Source: Chiloscyllium plagiosum
Lineage: Eukaryota
DNA length: 64,000 nucleotides
Assembly (NCBI RefSeq): GCF_004010195.1
Contig: NC_057714.1
Span: 76,835,456-76,899,455, forward strand
Direction of reading: 5' to 3'
Part shown: in pieces, positions 1 to 12,030 of the stretch
Layout: the number at the start of each line of letters is the position of its first letter
How positions within the stretch are numbered: the stretch's first letter is position 1
Made by a program: the position numbers and the translations under genes
Notes under the pieces: model-generated
Told to the model about the DNA's origin: nothing
Databases searched by the model: none
What the model saw: only the letters and a program-made list of their open reading frames with translations

Positions 1-190
1 GGCAGCGCAGCAGCCATCAGGGATCGAGTGGCACGAGCCTGCACCTGCAACAACAATCCTACAGCAAAAGCGGAAATGAAAAGGACTATTATCCTGTAAT
101 AGTCTGCGACAGTCATTTGAAGAGAAAAAGAAGCTAGGGTGCAAAGAGCTACCGCAAGTGTGGGGAACACCGACGGCTGGCTGGGAGCAG
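1..190. promoter_or_regulatory. CpG-enriched unique sequence at window edge (possible edge of a CpG island or first exon)
   Basis: About 8 CpGs in the first 180 nt of non-repetitive sequence, against a CpG-poor, AT-rich background. Confidence 0.3.
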
Positions 191-952
191 TGTTGTGTTC
201 TTTTACTGGAGAAACACACAACTACTAAACTTGAAGCAAATGAGAAACAGGTGTTAAAACTTCATTCAGAGAAATGGCATCTGTAAATGATTGCTTGCAA
301 TAAAGATGCTGATCGACTATAATTTACCCACATTGCTAATAATTGTCACATCTGAAAGTGACTTCAGCTGCAGCTATTAGCCTTTTGCAGGGTGGGCTGT
401 CAAAATATCTTTTAATCTCTCACCAGTGTGTTTTTTTTGAGTGCACTAACCCATAGTGACATGCCTTCAGTCAATACACTTCTGATGAGGTATTATTGTT
501 TGATTATTTTTTCACTGTTTGTTCAATTTTGTGTTGGGCAAGAGGAAGGAAAATCCAAATGGAATTAGTCTAAGATCTAAAATGCTCCTTCCTTTGAATC
601 CTAAAATGAAATAACCGTCCTAAAATTGTTCAACGGGTGTGTATTCTGAGAAGATAAAGAGAGTGTCTTCATTGCAGTATCGTAGCTGACATTAATATTT
701 GTAACACTGAATCTGCAACAATGACTTGAGTGGAGAACTAAATAGTTGAGATGAGTTTACTACTGTGTATTGAATGAAGAGCAGCACTTGATCCTGTATA
801 ATAATATTCTGAATGTATAAATCTGGAAAAGTTCAGCTTTATTGGTAAAGCAGTACCACACTGTGTATGTCTTGTTGGCTGAATGAAAGTTGAAGCAAAA
901 TCTCACTGAGGTTTTGGGTTAATGTAAAACATCCCATGGCACTGTATGAAGA

Positions 953-1419
953 AGCAGACAGGCAGGAGGCTGGAAGAACACAGCAAGCCAGGCAGCATCA
1001 GGAGCTGAGATGTCGACATTTCGGATGTAACCCTTCTTTTGGTCTGGGAGTGGGTGTGGGGGGAGCTGCGGATAAAGGGGATGGCGGGAGCAGGGTGGTG
1101 AAGTGGGATAGGTGAAGACTGGTGGAGGGTATGACCTGGTTGGTCAATGGGAGGAATTAATCTGGTTGGTGGCAGGGATCAGTGGAAGAACATTGACCAA
1201 CCAGGTCGTACCCTGTACCAGTCTTCACCTATCCCCACTTCACCATCCTGCCACCGCCACCCCCTTTTTCTGCAGCTCCCCCCACACCCACTTCCAGTCC
1301 TGATGAAGGGTAACAGCTGAAATGTTGACTTTTCCACCATTTGATGCTGCCTGGCTTGCTGTGTTCTTCCAGCCTCCTGCCTGTCTTCTTTGGAGTCCAG
1401 CATTTGCAGTCTTTTTGTC
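953..1419. mobile_element. Penelope-derived fold-back insertion (inverted pseudo-LTR)
   Basis: About 200-bp inverted arms (~950-1149 and 1191-1390) with a ~40-nt loop; 12-bp TSD actgtatgaaga (941-952) / actatatgaaga (1420-1431); CTGATGA core at 1300. Confidence 0.75.
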
Positions 1420-1454
1420 ACTATATGAAGACGAGCAGGGGAATGATCCTGATG

Positions 1455-1549
1455 TCAAGAGTGTGGTGCTGGAAAAGCACAGCAGGTCAGGCAGCATCCG
1501 AGGAGCAGGAAAATTGATATTTCGGGCAAAAGCCCTTCGTCAGGAATGG
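1455..1549 (-). mobile_element. Short Penelope terminal fragment with hammerhead motif
   Basis: 8-bp TSD tcctgatg (1447-1454 / 1550-1557); minus strand reads attc-CTGACGA-a-gggc-tttt-gccc-GAAAT-ATC. Confidence 0.7.
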
Positions 1550-2374
1550 TCCTGATGCCCTGTCCAATACTTATCTCTCAACTATAACCTAAAACAAGTG
1601 ATCTGGCCATTTAAACCTGCTCATCGTGTTCAGACTGATTTCAAATCTCATTGACTTAATATTACTGACTTCACTTCAAAATTAAGTTATTGACTGTGAA
1701 GCACTTTGGATCTCTTTAGAGATGTAAACTACTAAACAATTCCATGTACTATCTATGATACAGGTATGCTGAAGTTAGGAGACATTATAATTGACCTAAA
1801 TGTCAAGAATCCACGCTGTTTGCACCTGCAAATCTGTGCTGGATGAGTCAGGTCATCACGGCTGGTTCAGGAATTTGGTGCAGGTTCAGCCATGATGTTC
1901 CACCATTAACTAACCAGTTGACACCCACTTTTCTGGCTCACAAATGCACAAGGAGCTGCCAACAAATTTTCATTGTGCATGAAACCGGAGCCAAGAGAAA
2001 GCTGAAGGAAAGGAAGAAAACAGATGACAAAGAATGGGAAATAAAGCAAGTTGGAGCAGATAAAACATTTTGGAATTCTAAGCATTTACCACACAATTAA
2101 TGTCTCCTCTAAAATGCTGCACATTGCCCAGATCATTCTATACTCGTGTAAAAGTAACAGTCTCACGTGCAAATATTGTTCCTGAGATAAAGTGTGAAAG
2201 AAACAGAAAAGAGATCCAACCAATGATGGTAAATAAGAAATTGTAGATGAACAATATAGTCTGCACCCAAAAGCTTAGTCTGCTGGCATGAGGCAATGGT
2301 TAAGGTATGTGTAAACATGAGAATGAAATGTTTGTATCAGATATGTAGATCATATCTTCATACATGCAGCAGAA

Positions 2375-2980
2375 TTTAGAACGAAGTTTTATTGTCATGT
2401 GTACTCAAGTACAGGGATACAGGAGTACAGGGGAAAGTGTACAATGAGACCATTCGCAGTGCCAGTTGAGGTACAAAGTAGAAAAGTAAGGAAATAAAGT
2501 TAAAAATTCAACATTAAAGTCCTTCTTAGTATGAGATAGAAAAATAAAGTTAAAAATGCAGCACTGCAGTCCTTCTTAAGTGCTTAGCCATGCTGCATTT
2601 ACACACTGCATAAGGATTCAAACTTCTCCCTGCTGGACTCCATCTCTTCTGCATTGGGCTCACTCTCCACCACGTTCAACACCATCACAGATGTGGGGAG
2701 ACCTTCGGCTCCTTGCTCTACTGCCACTGTAGATGCTGGAGCACCTTTATAGCTGCTGCGTTGGGCTTGAACTCCTCTGCGCTGTCTTGCTTTCCCCTGA
2801 GCTGGGCCTGATCTCCCTTGTGCTGGGCTCGATCTCCATTGCACTGCACCAAAGTTGAGTTCCTCTACCACTCTCAGTGGAAGGAACCTTGCCTTAAACA
2901 CAATAGACATATTGAAGCTGCCAATCTCTCCACAGAAGGTAAGTAGATTAAAATAAGAGAAATAAAAATTAAAGTACAGT
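2375..2980 (-). mobile_element. Non-autonomous retroelement with Rex1-like 3' tail and internal degenerate tandem repeats
   Basis: Tail tttattgtcatgtgtactca..tacag..gaaagtgtac matches 14140-14240 and the reverse complement of 53370-53478; ~21-nt degenerate repeats (gctgggcctgatctcc) at about 2760-2860. Confidence 0.45.
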
Positions 2981-3706
2981 AATACATTATATTCACACCA
3001 AATGTCAACATGAGGAATGTTGAGCCATGAAATGAGCTTACAAAGGATCTAATGTAATTTCAGTTATAGTTGTTCAGGGATGTGGTGATGAGCCTATCTG
3101 TAAAACATGTGTAAATGGGATACGTGTGATGGAATGTTGGTTAGCTGGCACCACCAGAAACATGGATTAACAGATTAATGATCACATTTGTTGCTTGTGA
3201 GAGCTGCTATATCCACTGGCTGCATGACTGTCTTATTTGCCTATATCCAACAACTGTTCTTTGAGGGTCTTGTGGTATGGTGATCATCTTCCTACCTCTA
3301 TACCAGAAAGTGCAGGTTCAAATCTTACCTGGGTTATGAGAACAGTCAAAATAGGTTGCTGTAAGAAAAATGAAAATGATTCACTTCTAATAGCACTTGG
3401 CAAATATGAAGTACTGATGTCATGATGAGGCACTTCATAAATGTCCTGCTATTGGAATGTGATGCTTTGAAATATCTAATCTAGCAAGATGGACACTATT
3501 TGGTAAGCGGCATTAAAGCAATATGTGGGAAATTTGGATAGTCAAAGGTTCAATGGTAATATTTAAGCATCCCTCTTTAATTTAGAAAGTGCTTCATTGA
3601 AGCTAAAGCACTTCCTGTTAGCTAATTTTAGTAAAATGTTAGGCAACTAAGTTCAGAGGGTGGGAGCAGATGCAGATCCTGCATGTGGGGGCTTTCACAT
3701 TTGAGG

Positions 3707-5077
3707 AGACAGTGAGGTCAGCAGATGTCAGAGATCAGTGTTGAGAGTGTGTTGCTGGAAAAACACAGCAGGTCAGGCAACATCCGAGGAGCAGGAAAAT
3801 TGACGTTTCGGGCCGGAGCCCTTCTTCAGGAATGAAGCTGGAAGCCTCGGGGGTGGGGAGATAAATGGGAGGGGTTGTGGGGTTGGGGAGAAGGAGCTGA
3901 GAGTGCAATAGGTGGATGGAGGTGTGGGTAAAGGTGATCCGTCGGAAAAGAGGGTGGAGCAGATAGATGGGAAGGAAGATTGGGACGGGTCATGAGGACG
4001 GTGATGAGTTGGAAGGTTGGAACTGGGGTAAGGTGGGAGGAGGGGAAATGAGAAAACTTGTGAAGTCCCCACCGACTCCCATGGCTACATGGATTACGCC
4101 ACCTCCCACCCTACCTCCTGAAAGAATGCTTTCTTTCCCATATTCCCAATTCCTTCGCCTCTGCCGTATCTGCTCACAGGAGGACCAGTTCCACCTCAGA
4201 ACACACCAGATGGCCTCCTTCTTTAAAGACCGAACTTTTCCCTCCCATGTGGTTGAAGGTGCCCTCCGACGCATCTTGTCCACATCCTGCACCTCCGCCC
4301 TCAAACCCTACCTCTCCAACCGTAACAAGGACAGAAGCCCCAGTTCTCACCTTCCACCCCACCAACCTTCGCATTAACCACATCATCCATCGACATTTCC
4401 GCCACCTCCAAACGGACCCCACCACCACCCTCCCCACCGCTATCCGCGCCCACACCTCCTCCCTCACTTCCGTCCAAGGCCTCAAAGGAGCCTTCCACAT
4501 CCATCAACGTTTCACCTGCACTTCCACACATGTCAGTTATTGTATCCGTTGCTCTCGATGTGGTCTCCTCTACACTGGGCAGACTGGATGCCTTCACGCA
4601 GAGCGCTTTAGAGAACATCTCCAGGACACCCGCAACAACGAACCCCACCGCCCCATGGTTGAAAATTTCAACTCTCCCTCTAACTCTGCCGAGGACATGC
4701 AGGTCCTGGGCCTCCTCCATCGCAACTTCCTCACCACCCGACACCTGGAAGAAGAATGCCTTATGTTTCGCCTCAGGACCCTTCAACCCCAGGGCATCAA
4801 TGTGGACTTCACCGGTTTCCTCATTTTCCCTCCCCCCAATTTACCCCAGTTAAACCTTCCAGCTCAGCACTGCCCTCATGAACTGTCTCACCTGTCAATC
4901 TTCCTTCCCACCTATCTGCTCCACCCTCCTCTCCGACCTATCACCTTTACCCCCACCTCCAACCACCTATTGCTCTCTCAGCTACCTTCTCTCAGCCCCA
5001 GCCCCCTCCCATTTATCTCTCCACCCCTGAGGCTCCCAGCCTCATTCCTGATGAAGGGCTCCGGCCAGAAACATTGG
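3707..5077 (+). mobile_element. Penelope-like element (Neptune-type), 5'-truncated, with inverted pseudo-LTR; RT thumb plus GIY-YIG endonuclease remnant
   Basis: 14-bp TSD tttcacatttgagg (3693-3706 / 5078-5091). Segment 3707-4068 is an inverted copy of the 3' end (~4800-5075). ORF 3967-4377 contains FPYSQFLRLCRICS; ORF 4247-5089 contains FTCTSTHVSYCIRCSRCGLLYTGQT..RFREH..LEE..QGIN. Confidence 0.9.
3799..3833 (-). ncRNA. Minimal hammerhead ribozyme motif (Penelope family A)
   Basis: Minus strand: attc CUGAAGA a GGGC-uccg-GCCC GAAAC GUC aau. Catalytic boxes, 4-bp stem II and GUC cleavage triplet are intact. Confidence 0.65.
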
Positions 5078-5797
5078 TTTCACATTTGAGGCAACTTCTG
5101 CATTTTGCCCTTGAGTAGAAATTAACTATTTTCCATGTTTTTTCATTAAATCCCCAACTTGCCCTGCAATATCCCACTTCTAATTCTCCTTTCCAAACTG
5201 AAAAGCTAGACAGTGCATATTTCAGCATCAAGTTTACACAGTGAACAAATGACTGGTGCTCTATTTACAAGAATGCACCATGAATGCCTGGCAGTGTTGC
5301 AAGGCTTCCGGGCAAACCTGAATAAATATATACAAATATATAAATCAGTAAATCCAACAAAGCAACTGGAATGGGCATGCATAATAAGCACGGCACTGTG
5401 AACAAAATACATGCCATTCTAAATGACAAATCTAAATTTTTACCATTGGACCTGCCACTCAGCACAGCATGACTAAACAGTCTTACTGAAAAGCAAGTTA
5501 AAAACAATTTGTCAGCCTTGTGTAAGAGCAATGGGTGCCAGATGACATATCTAATAGGGTTCATCCTCACGAGTCATTGCCTTTGTGTATATAATGGCTG
5601 CTCGAAATGCACAAAAGTGATGTTCCTTTGCATCCAAAGTTATCTATGAATGGTTCTGCACAACGTGAATAGGAGGACTCCTACAGATTTGGGAAGACCA
5701 TACATGACATGCATATTGGTAGCTATATAGTGCCCATGTGCTCATTTAATATTACTGGCCTGGTCAACAATGCATCACTGAAGGAGGTCATAGACCT

Positions 5798-6034
5798 TGA
5801 AATAACACCTGGGAGGCTGGTATCCCATCACCAAGTCGCGCTTTATTTACACATGGAAAGTCCTTGACACTGATCCAGTTTCCTCAGAGCTAGCTCTCAG
5901 AGTGAATGGAACCTCTGACACTCCTGTTGATATCGGCCAACGAGGGCTCCTTGGTTGGACCAGATTAACAGTCTCAATCAGTGACCTCATATTCTATGAG
6001 GCGCACCTGGCTGAACTCAGAATAGATCACTACA
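5798..6034 (-). mobile_element. Solo LTR (Gypsy-like)
   Basis: Minus strand runs TGTAGTGATC...AATAAA...TTATTTCA (TG..CA termini, internal poly(A) signal); flanks gacct / gatct form a 5-bp TSD with one mismatch. Confidence 0.65.
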
Positions 6035-6127
6035 GATCTATTCACTGCACCCTAGATCATAGAGATTTAGACCTGCCTCCACTATGTAAATCAGTATTTA
6101 TTGAACTGTTAAGTTTTAACAGCAGTG

Positions 6128-6622
6128 TGAATACACTAGCGAGGGTACGCAGGAGATTTACCAGGGTGTTGCCTCAGCTGGAGAATTTCAAATATGAAGA
6201 GAGATTGGACAATCTGTGGTTAGTTTATGTAGATCAGAGGAGACAGGGAGGGGACATGATTGAGATGCATAAAATTATGAGGGACATAGACAGGAAGAAA
6301 CCTTTCCCCTTGATCGAGGGATCAGTAACTGGGGACATAGATTTAAGGTAAGGGGCAGAATGTGTAGAGGAGATGTGAGGAAAAACATCTTCGCCTGGAG
6401 AGTGGTGGGAATCTGGAACTCACTGTCAGAGTGGGAAGGGCAAAAGCCATCATAACATTTGAGAAGTTTTTAGATAGGCACTTGAGATGCCAAGCGTACA
6501 AAGCTGTGGGGCTAAGTGCTGGAAAATGAGATTAGGATAGTTAGATGGTTGCTTTTGAGCAGCATGCAGTGGGCCTTTTCTGTGCTGTAGGTCTCTAAAA
6601 TTCTCTATGATTCCATGACTCT
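6128..6622 (+). mobile_element. CR1-clade LINE 3' fragment
   Basis: LARVRRRFTRVLPQL..YEERL..RQGGDMIEMHKIMR (CR1 ORF2 C-terminus), then a CR1-type tail (ctgtgctgta..ctatgattccatgact). Confidence 0.85.
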
Positions 6623-6699
6623 GAATAAAATGCATCAAAGCCATTCTGTCTGATAATAGCTAGATTGTTTCACACAGTACAATGCACAAACTTATGACA

Positions 6700-8900
6700 G
6701 GCCCTAAGGTGGAGAGTCTTGGTCCAGATAAAGGCAGGCTACTTCAGACTATCCTGGAAGGGTAAGATATATCAAAAGTGAGAGCAACGGCTGAAGTTAG
6801 CTGTTCCACACTGCCACTATCAGTAGCAACACAGTGATGTTTACCATTATCAGGATACTGTGCTCAGGACAAAAATACATTCTGCCTTTCACACAAATGA
6901 GGCAAACCATCCTGGTAGTATCCTGGGTTGGTTGTCTGACAGACAGCAGTGATGGTACCAGCAGAGGTCACCCAGGGAGAGGTCATACTCCATGCAACCA
7001 CTGTCACTACTTCAGGCTGACATCTGAGGAATCCTAGTAATCTCTCAGAGAGCAAATTGATGTGACATTCTGCCATCCCCTTTTTAACATTATTTTTTGC
7101 AACCATCATAACTGTATGAGCTTTCATAGCTTTAACATCACTTCAGTCTGCACCTTCACAACAGCATTAAGTGGCTTTTGCTTGTGCTACATTGAAAGTT
7201 GAGACATCGGCCATCAGAGGCTTTGTTGGGGTTAGTTCTGCAATTATAGCAGTGGAGCTAACAATCATCAAGATACAATTATATATCTAAGCTTTATAAA
7301 ATAAACTTCTTGTCTTTGGTCACAGTCCATAATAGTTCATAATTGATAACAGTGAGAAAGAGTTGATATTTCATAGTGAATATATTGTAACAAAGCTCAG
7401 TGCAGGTAGAAGAAATCCTCCAAGGCTTGAAACAAATGGGCTCCAAGCTCTGTGCAAAGCATTAGACCACATTGGTGCCAGACTCCTGAGTGCTTCTTGG
7501 CAGCAGGCATTCTGGCAGACATGCAGAGCACAAAGCTTTTCATTGGGCCTACCATCAGGCATCATTTGTGGGATTCCCTATTAAAGGGCTTGTCAATATC
7601 CTCTGCAGCGGAGGTCATGTACAACCCCATGAGATGGTAACTATGCTATCCTTGTCTTCTGCACCAGCTCCAGGTTGCTTATGCTTGGTGTTCAACACGT
7701 GCATATCCTGCCTCTTAAGCTATCTACTAAATTATGCACCGCATCAGTATCTGAACTTGTGGTTACAAGTATGAGAATGAATGACAGTGCTTTGTCAGCA
7801 TTGTCACCTTGTTCTTCAGTCTCTTACTTTTCCTTACTTAGCTTCTGTGGCCAGGTTGCAGGACTATTGTTCTTGAAGAAAGGAAGGCACAAGGGAAAGG
7901 TTATACACCATCTGCAGCTTGTAACTCAGAAGGGGTTGTGTGTTCGGGGAAATGGGTATGGGAAGGAAGTTTTTTTAGATTAGATTCCCTACAGTGTGGA
8001 AACAGGCCCTTTGGCCCAACAAGTCCACACTGACCCTCTGAAGAGCAACCCACCCAGATCCATTCTCTTACATTTACCCCTGCACCTAACACTACAGGCA
8101 ATTTAGCACGGCCAATTCACCTAACCTGCACATCTTTGGACTGTGGGAGGAAACCGGAGCACCCGGAGGAAACCCACGCAGACATTGGGAGAATGTGCAA
8201 ATTCCACACAGACAGTTGCCCGAGGTGGGAATTGAACCCAGGTCCTTGGCACTGTGAGGCAGCAGTGCTAACCACTGAGCCACCGTGCCACCCATTTGGA
8301 ATGAGAATGAAATCATCTTCTGTGGTTTCCGAATTGCCACTGGATAGAGCATCAGAAATGGCTACTCCAGTGATCACCATGCCTTCCATCAGGGTTTAGA
8401 CATAACGGCATTCTTGCCCCCAACTGGTATAACATCTGCTGTCTCTGGTTGTGTACCTTGTCCTGCAAGAGAGTGTGTAGCATGCCATTGAGTGTGGTTC
8501 AATCTGTGTGGGTGAGACAGCTGACATGTTGGATAGTTGGCAGTGTGTGCTACCTGTGAGATGCGGTTTTGGAACTTGCGGAGTAGTTAAGTGTGTGAGT
8601 ATGTACTGAGATATGAAGGATAGGCATCAGTGGTGTGATGTTTACACATTGTGAGCTTATTAGCTATAAATAAGAACTTGTGTAGTTTAACCCTGAAATT
8701 AATTCTTCCTTATAAAACAAAACAGAGTTGAGAGGTCAGATGACTTCTGATTTCCTGCCAATACACATGGAACTACAAGATCCCTGAGTTAATCTCGATG
8801 TCTCACCAAGTCTTGATAAAGTAATTAAAATGCAAACAACCTTCTGTACATTTCTTTGAGAAGTCATTAAAAATTCAAATGACCTCTCCTATGATTAATG
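6700..8900 (-). mobile_element. Possible highly decayed PIF/Harbinger Myb/SANT ORF remnant
   Basis: Minus strand near 8465 reads ttgcag|DKVHNQRQQML..GG and near 8870 FND, resembling the K-x-A-H-N-R-R...T-G-G-G and FNDL motifs of Harbinger Myb-like proteins. Very degenerate. Confidence 0.25.
7975..8293 (-). mobile_element. HE1-type tRNA-derived V-SINE, full length
   Basis: A box tggctcagtggttag, B box ggttcaattcc, V-domain tctgcgtgggtttcctccgggtgctccggtttcctccc, (ctaat)n tail. Confidence 0.9.
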
Positions 8901-9332
8901 GCTGCACTTCTTCAACTAATTAAAACGATGGGTTTCACAATACAGTTGCAGACTGTTTGACTTCAGACTTAACAAATCCAAAATTGTGTGTGAAAATCTT
9001 GATTTACCAAGATGTCAAATGATAGGTTCATCAACTCGATTGCTGGTCAGTATTGACCAACTATCAAAAACTACTTTTGAGGACAACAGAAGGAGATGCT
9101 GATTCTGATAGGTGGATTTAAAAAGGTACATTTGAAATGGGGAAGACAGATATGCCTATGCTAATGAAGTGAAAAGATCATGACTAAGAAAACACCAGCA
9201 GGCAGAGACTTCATACCTGAGCAGACATTTCCAGGGACTCAGTACAGGGCTTTGTTCTCCACTGTGAGTGGAGTCAAATAGGAGGCATCTGCTTCTGAAA
9301 ACATAAATCAGTGGCGAAATTACTAGAGATTT

Positions 9333-9618
9333 CATAGAACCATAGAATACCTACAGCCTAGAAACTGTAGGCCATTTGGACCATCAAGTCAACACCAACC
9401 CTTCAGAGAGCATTCCACCTAGACCCACACAACTTCCCAATCCCTGTAACCCTGCATTTCCCAAGGCTAATCCACTCAACCTACATATCCCTGGGCACAA
9501 TGGGTAATTTAGCATGGTGAATCCATCTAACCTGCACATCTTTGGACTGTGGGAGGAAACCCACGCAGACACAAGGAGAATGTGCAAACTCTGTACGGAC
9601 AGTCACCCAAGGGTGGAA
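9333..9618 (-). mobile_element. HE1-related SINE, 5'-truncated
   Basis: V-domain and tail homologous to 7975-8293. Confidence 0.75.
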
Positions 9619-11165
9619 CTTCAGTGGACAAGGAGGGGTTACAGGCCTACATCATTTCAAGTCTAATGTGAGGTGATTTCATTGCAGCATGAAGAATCCT
9701 CAGAGAGTTCAACAGGGTAGATACAGGAAGGATGTTGCCCTTGGCTGGGGATTCTAGAATCAGATGACACAAAAAGCACAAACAACTGAGATGCTGAAGA
9801 TCTGAAAGCAAAACAACTGAAGAAACTCAGCAGGTCCAGCAACATCTATGGAGAGAAAGTAGAGTTAACATTTCGGGTCCAGTGATTCTTCTTCAGAACT
9901 GATTATAGCTCAGAAAAAGTTAGCATATATACACTAGAGGAGGGGTTGGTGGAGAGAGAAAGTGTAAATGATAGGTGGAGGATGTGGCCCAGATAGACAG
10001 AAAACCAACTTGACTTTTTCTCCCCTGGTCAAGTTCCTTCCCACTTGCATCTGCGATTCTCCTGACAATGAAGAACTTACTTCAGTTTCAGAATTTCCAG
10101 TTTGCAGACTCCATGTGCCTTCTCTTTACCATGGAAGAACAATCCCTTTCCATGCCCACCCCCCAATCAGGATGGTCTCAGGGCTGTCCACTTCTTCTTG
10201 GAGAAAGGGCCTGAACCATCCACTTCCACCACCAGCCTCCTCCCCATGGCTGAGCTTGTCCTAACCTTGAACAACTTCTCCCTTAACTCTTCTCACCTTC
10301 TTCAGGTCAAATAGGTGGTTGTGAGTACCCACACGGGCCCCAGTTATGCCTGTCTCTTTGTGGGGTAGGTAGAAAATTCCTTGATCCAGTCCTACTCTGG
10401 CCCCCACCTGCAACTCTTTCTCCAATATTACGATGATATTATTGGTGCTGCTTCCCCTTCTCATCTGGAATTGGAAACATTCACCAATTTCTATGCCATC
10501 TCACCTTCTCCTAGCCCATCTCTTATTCCTCCCTTCCCTTCGTAGACAATCCGTTTCCATTTCTGGGGATAGCCTGGCCATGAATATTCACTACAAACCA
10601 CTGACTCGACAATAACACTGATAATACATCCTCACACCCTGCTTCCTTTCAAGATTTTATTCCATTCTCCCAGTTGCTATGTCTCTGTTGCATCTGTTTG
10701 AATGATCCCAACTTCAGCAAGGAGTCTTCAAAATGTCCACCTTCTCCCTAAACCAAGGATTTCCCAGCACCATGGCTGACTGGGTCCTTAACTTGTCCAA
10801 CCCATCTCCTGTGCTTCGGCCCTTGCTGTCTCTCTTCCCTCCCATAACAGATCTCTCTTGTCCTCACCTAGCATCTCACTGCCATCCACAACCAAAGAAT
10901 CATTAGACATCATTTCCGCCACCTGCTTCGGGATACATCACCAGACACATATTCCCCTCCCCTCACTTGTCAGCCTTCCACAGAGACCTTTCCCACCGGG
11001 ACACCCTGGTCCACTCATCCTTCACTCCCAACAAGCCCCCACAGTCTCACAGCACCTTCCCCTGCAACCACAGAAGGTGTAACATCAATCTGTTTACTTC
11101 CTCCCTCCTCATTATCCCAGGTCCCAGACACATTTTCTAGTTAAAACAGTGCTTTACCTGCAATT

Positions 11166-11309
11166 ATAGAGTCATAGAGATGTACAGCATGGAAACAGAC
11201 CCTTCGGTCCAATCTGTCCACACCGACCAGATATCCCATCCCAATCTAGTCCCACCTGCCAGCACCCAGCCCATATTCCTCCAAGCCCTTCCTATTCATA
11301 TACCCATCC
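11166..11309 (-). mobile_element. HER1/CR1 LINE 3' tail fragment
   Basis: tagagtcatagagatgtacagcatggaaacagacccttcggtcc, the same tail as 27146 and 38965. Confidence 0.8.
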
Positions 11310-11483
11310 GCCAATCTAGTCTACTGCATTCACTGCTCACAATCTGGACTCTTCTACATGGAGGACATGAAGAGCAGACTGATGACCACTTCACAAAACA
11401 CCTACCTTCAGTATGCAAAAATGACCCTGAGTTTCCAGTTGCCTGCCATTTCAATACACCACCTTGGTCCCTGGTCAAAATCT

Positions 11484-11626
11484 CCATGCTAAATTGCCCA
11501 TAGTGTTAGGTGAAGGGGTAAATGTAAGGGAATGGGTCTGGGTGGGTTGCTCTTTGGAGGGTTGGTGTGGACTTGTTGGGCCGAAGGGCCTGTTTCCACA
11601 CTGTAAGTAATTGAACCTAAATCTAA
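11484..11626 (+). mobile_element. HE1 SINE 3' half
   Basis: ccatgctaaattgccc..gggcctgtttccacactgtaagtaa matches the full-length copies. Confidence 0.8.
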
Positions 11627-12030
11627 CCTCTATCTCAGGTTTGCTGCAGTGTTCTAGTGACACTCAGCGTAAGCTGGAAGAACACCGCCTCATCTTCCAC
11701 TTGGGACCCTGCAACCTCTGCACTCAATATTGGGTTTAATAATTTTAGGAACTGAGCACCTTTTCCAATCTTCTTATCTCAACCCCCATACACCAGGACC
11801 TATCATCACATGGACAGTAACCACACACAGCCTCATGCCAGTCACTAACAGTCCCCATTATCAGCAATTCAATCTCCCAGGCTGACCTTTACCCATTCTT
11901 TTGTCTGCCCAACTGGGCTCCATCTCCACCCATCATTCACTCTTCCCCCCTACTTCCACCCCTCCTTGAGCAAAAATACCAATCTACTATTTGTTCTGAA
12001 GAAGGGTCACTGGATCCAAAAGGTTAACAC

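Larger units (their letters stand above)
923..1740 (+). mobile_element. DeuSINE (SacSINE1-like) remnant split by two Penelope-derived insertions
   Basis: Deu-domain motif gtaaaacatcccatggcact..gaaga(c)gagcagggga..cctgatgccctgtccaatacttatctctcaac..gatctggccatt can be rebuilt across the two inserts. Confidence 0.6.
9765..12030 (+). mobile_element. Decayed Penelope-like element (family B) with inverted terminal copy; RT and GIY-YIG remnants
   Basis: LVLTLNNFSLN..LQVK, GPSYACLFVG, YYDDIIG (RT motifs) and PVACHFN (GIY-YIG). Hammerhead-like termini at 9863-9900 (-) and ~11992-12027 (+). Interrupted at 11166-11309 and 11484-11626. Confidence 0.8.

Noticed and set aside
76-99. Plus-strand mini-ORF MKRTIIL and possible donor at 251
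   Set aside because: Too short, the donor (gtgtta) is poor, and splicing to the exon gives no in-frame product.
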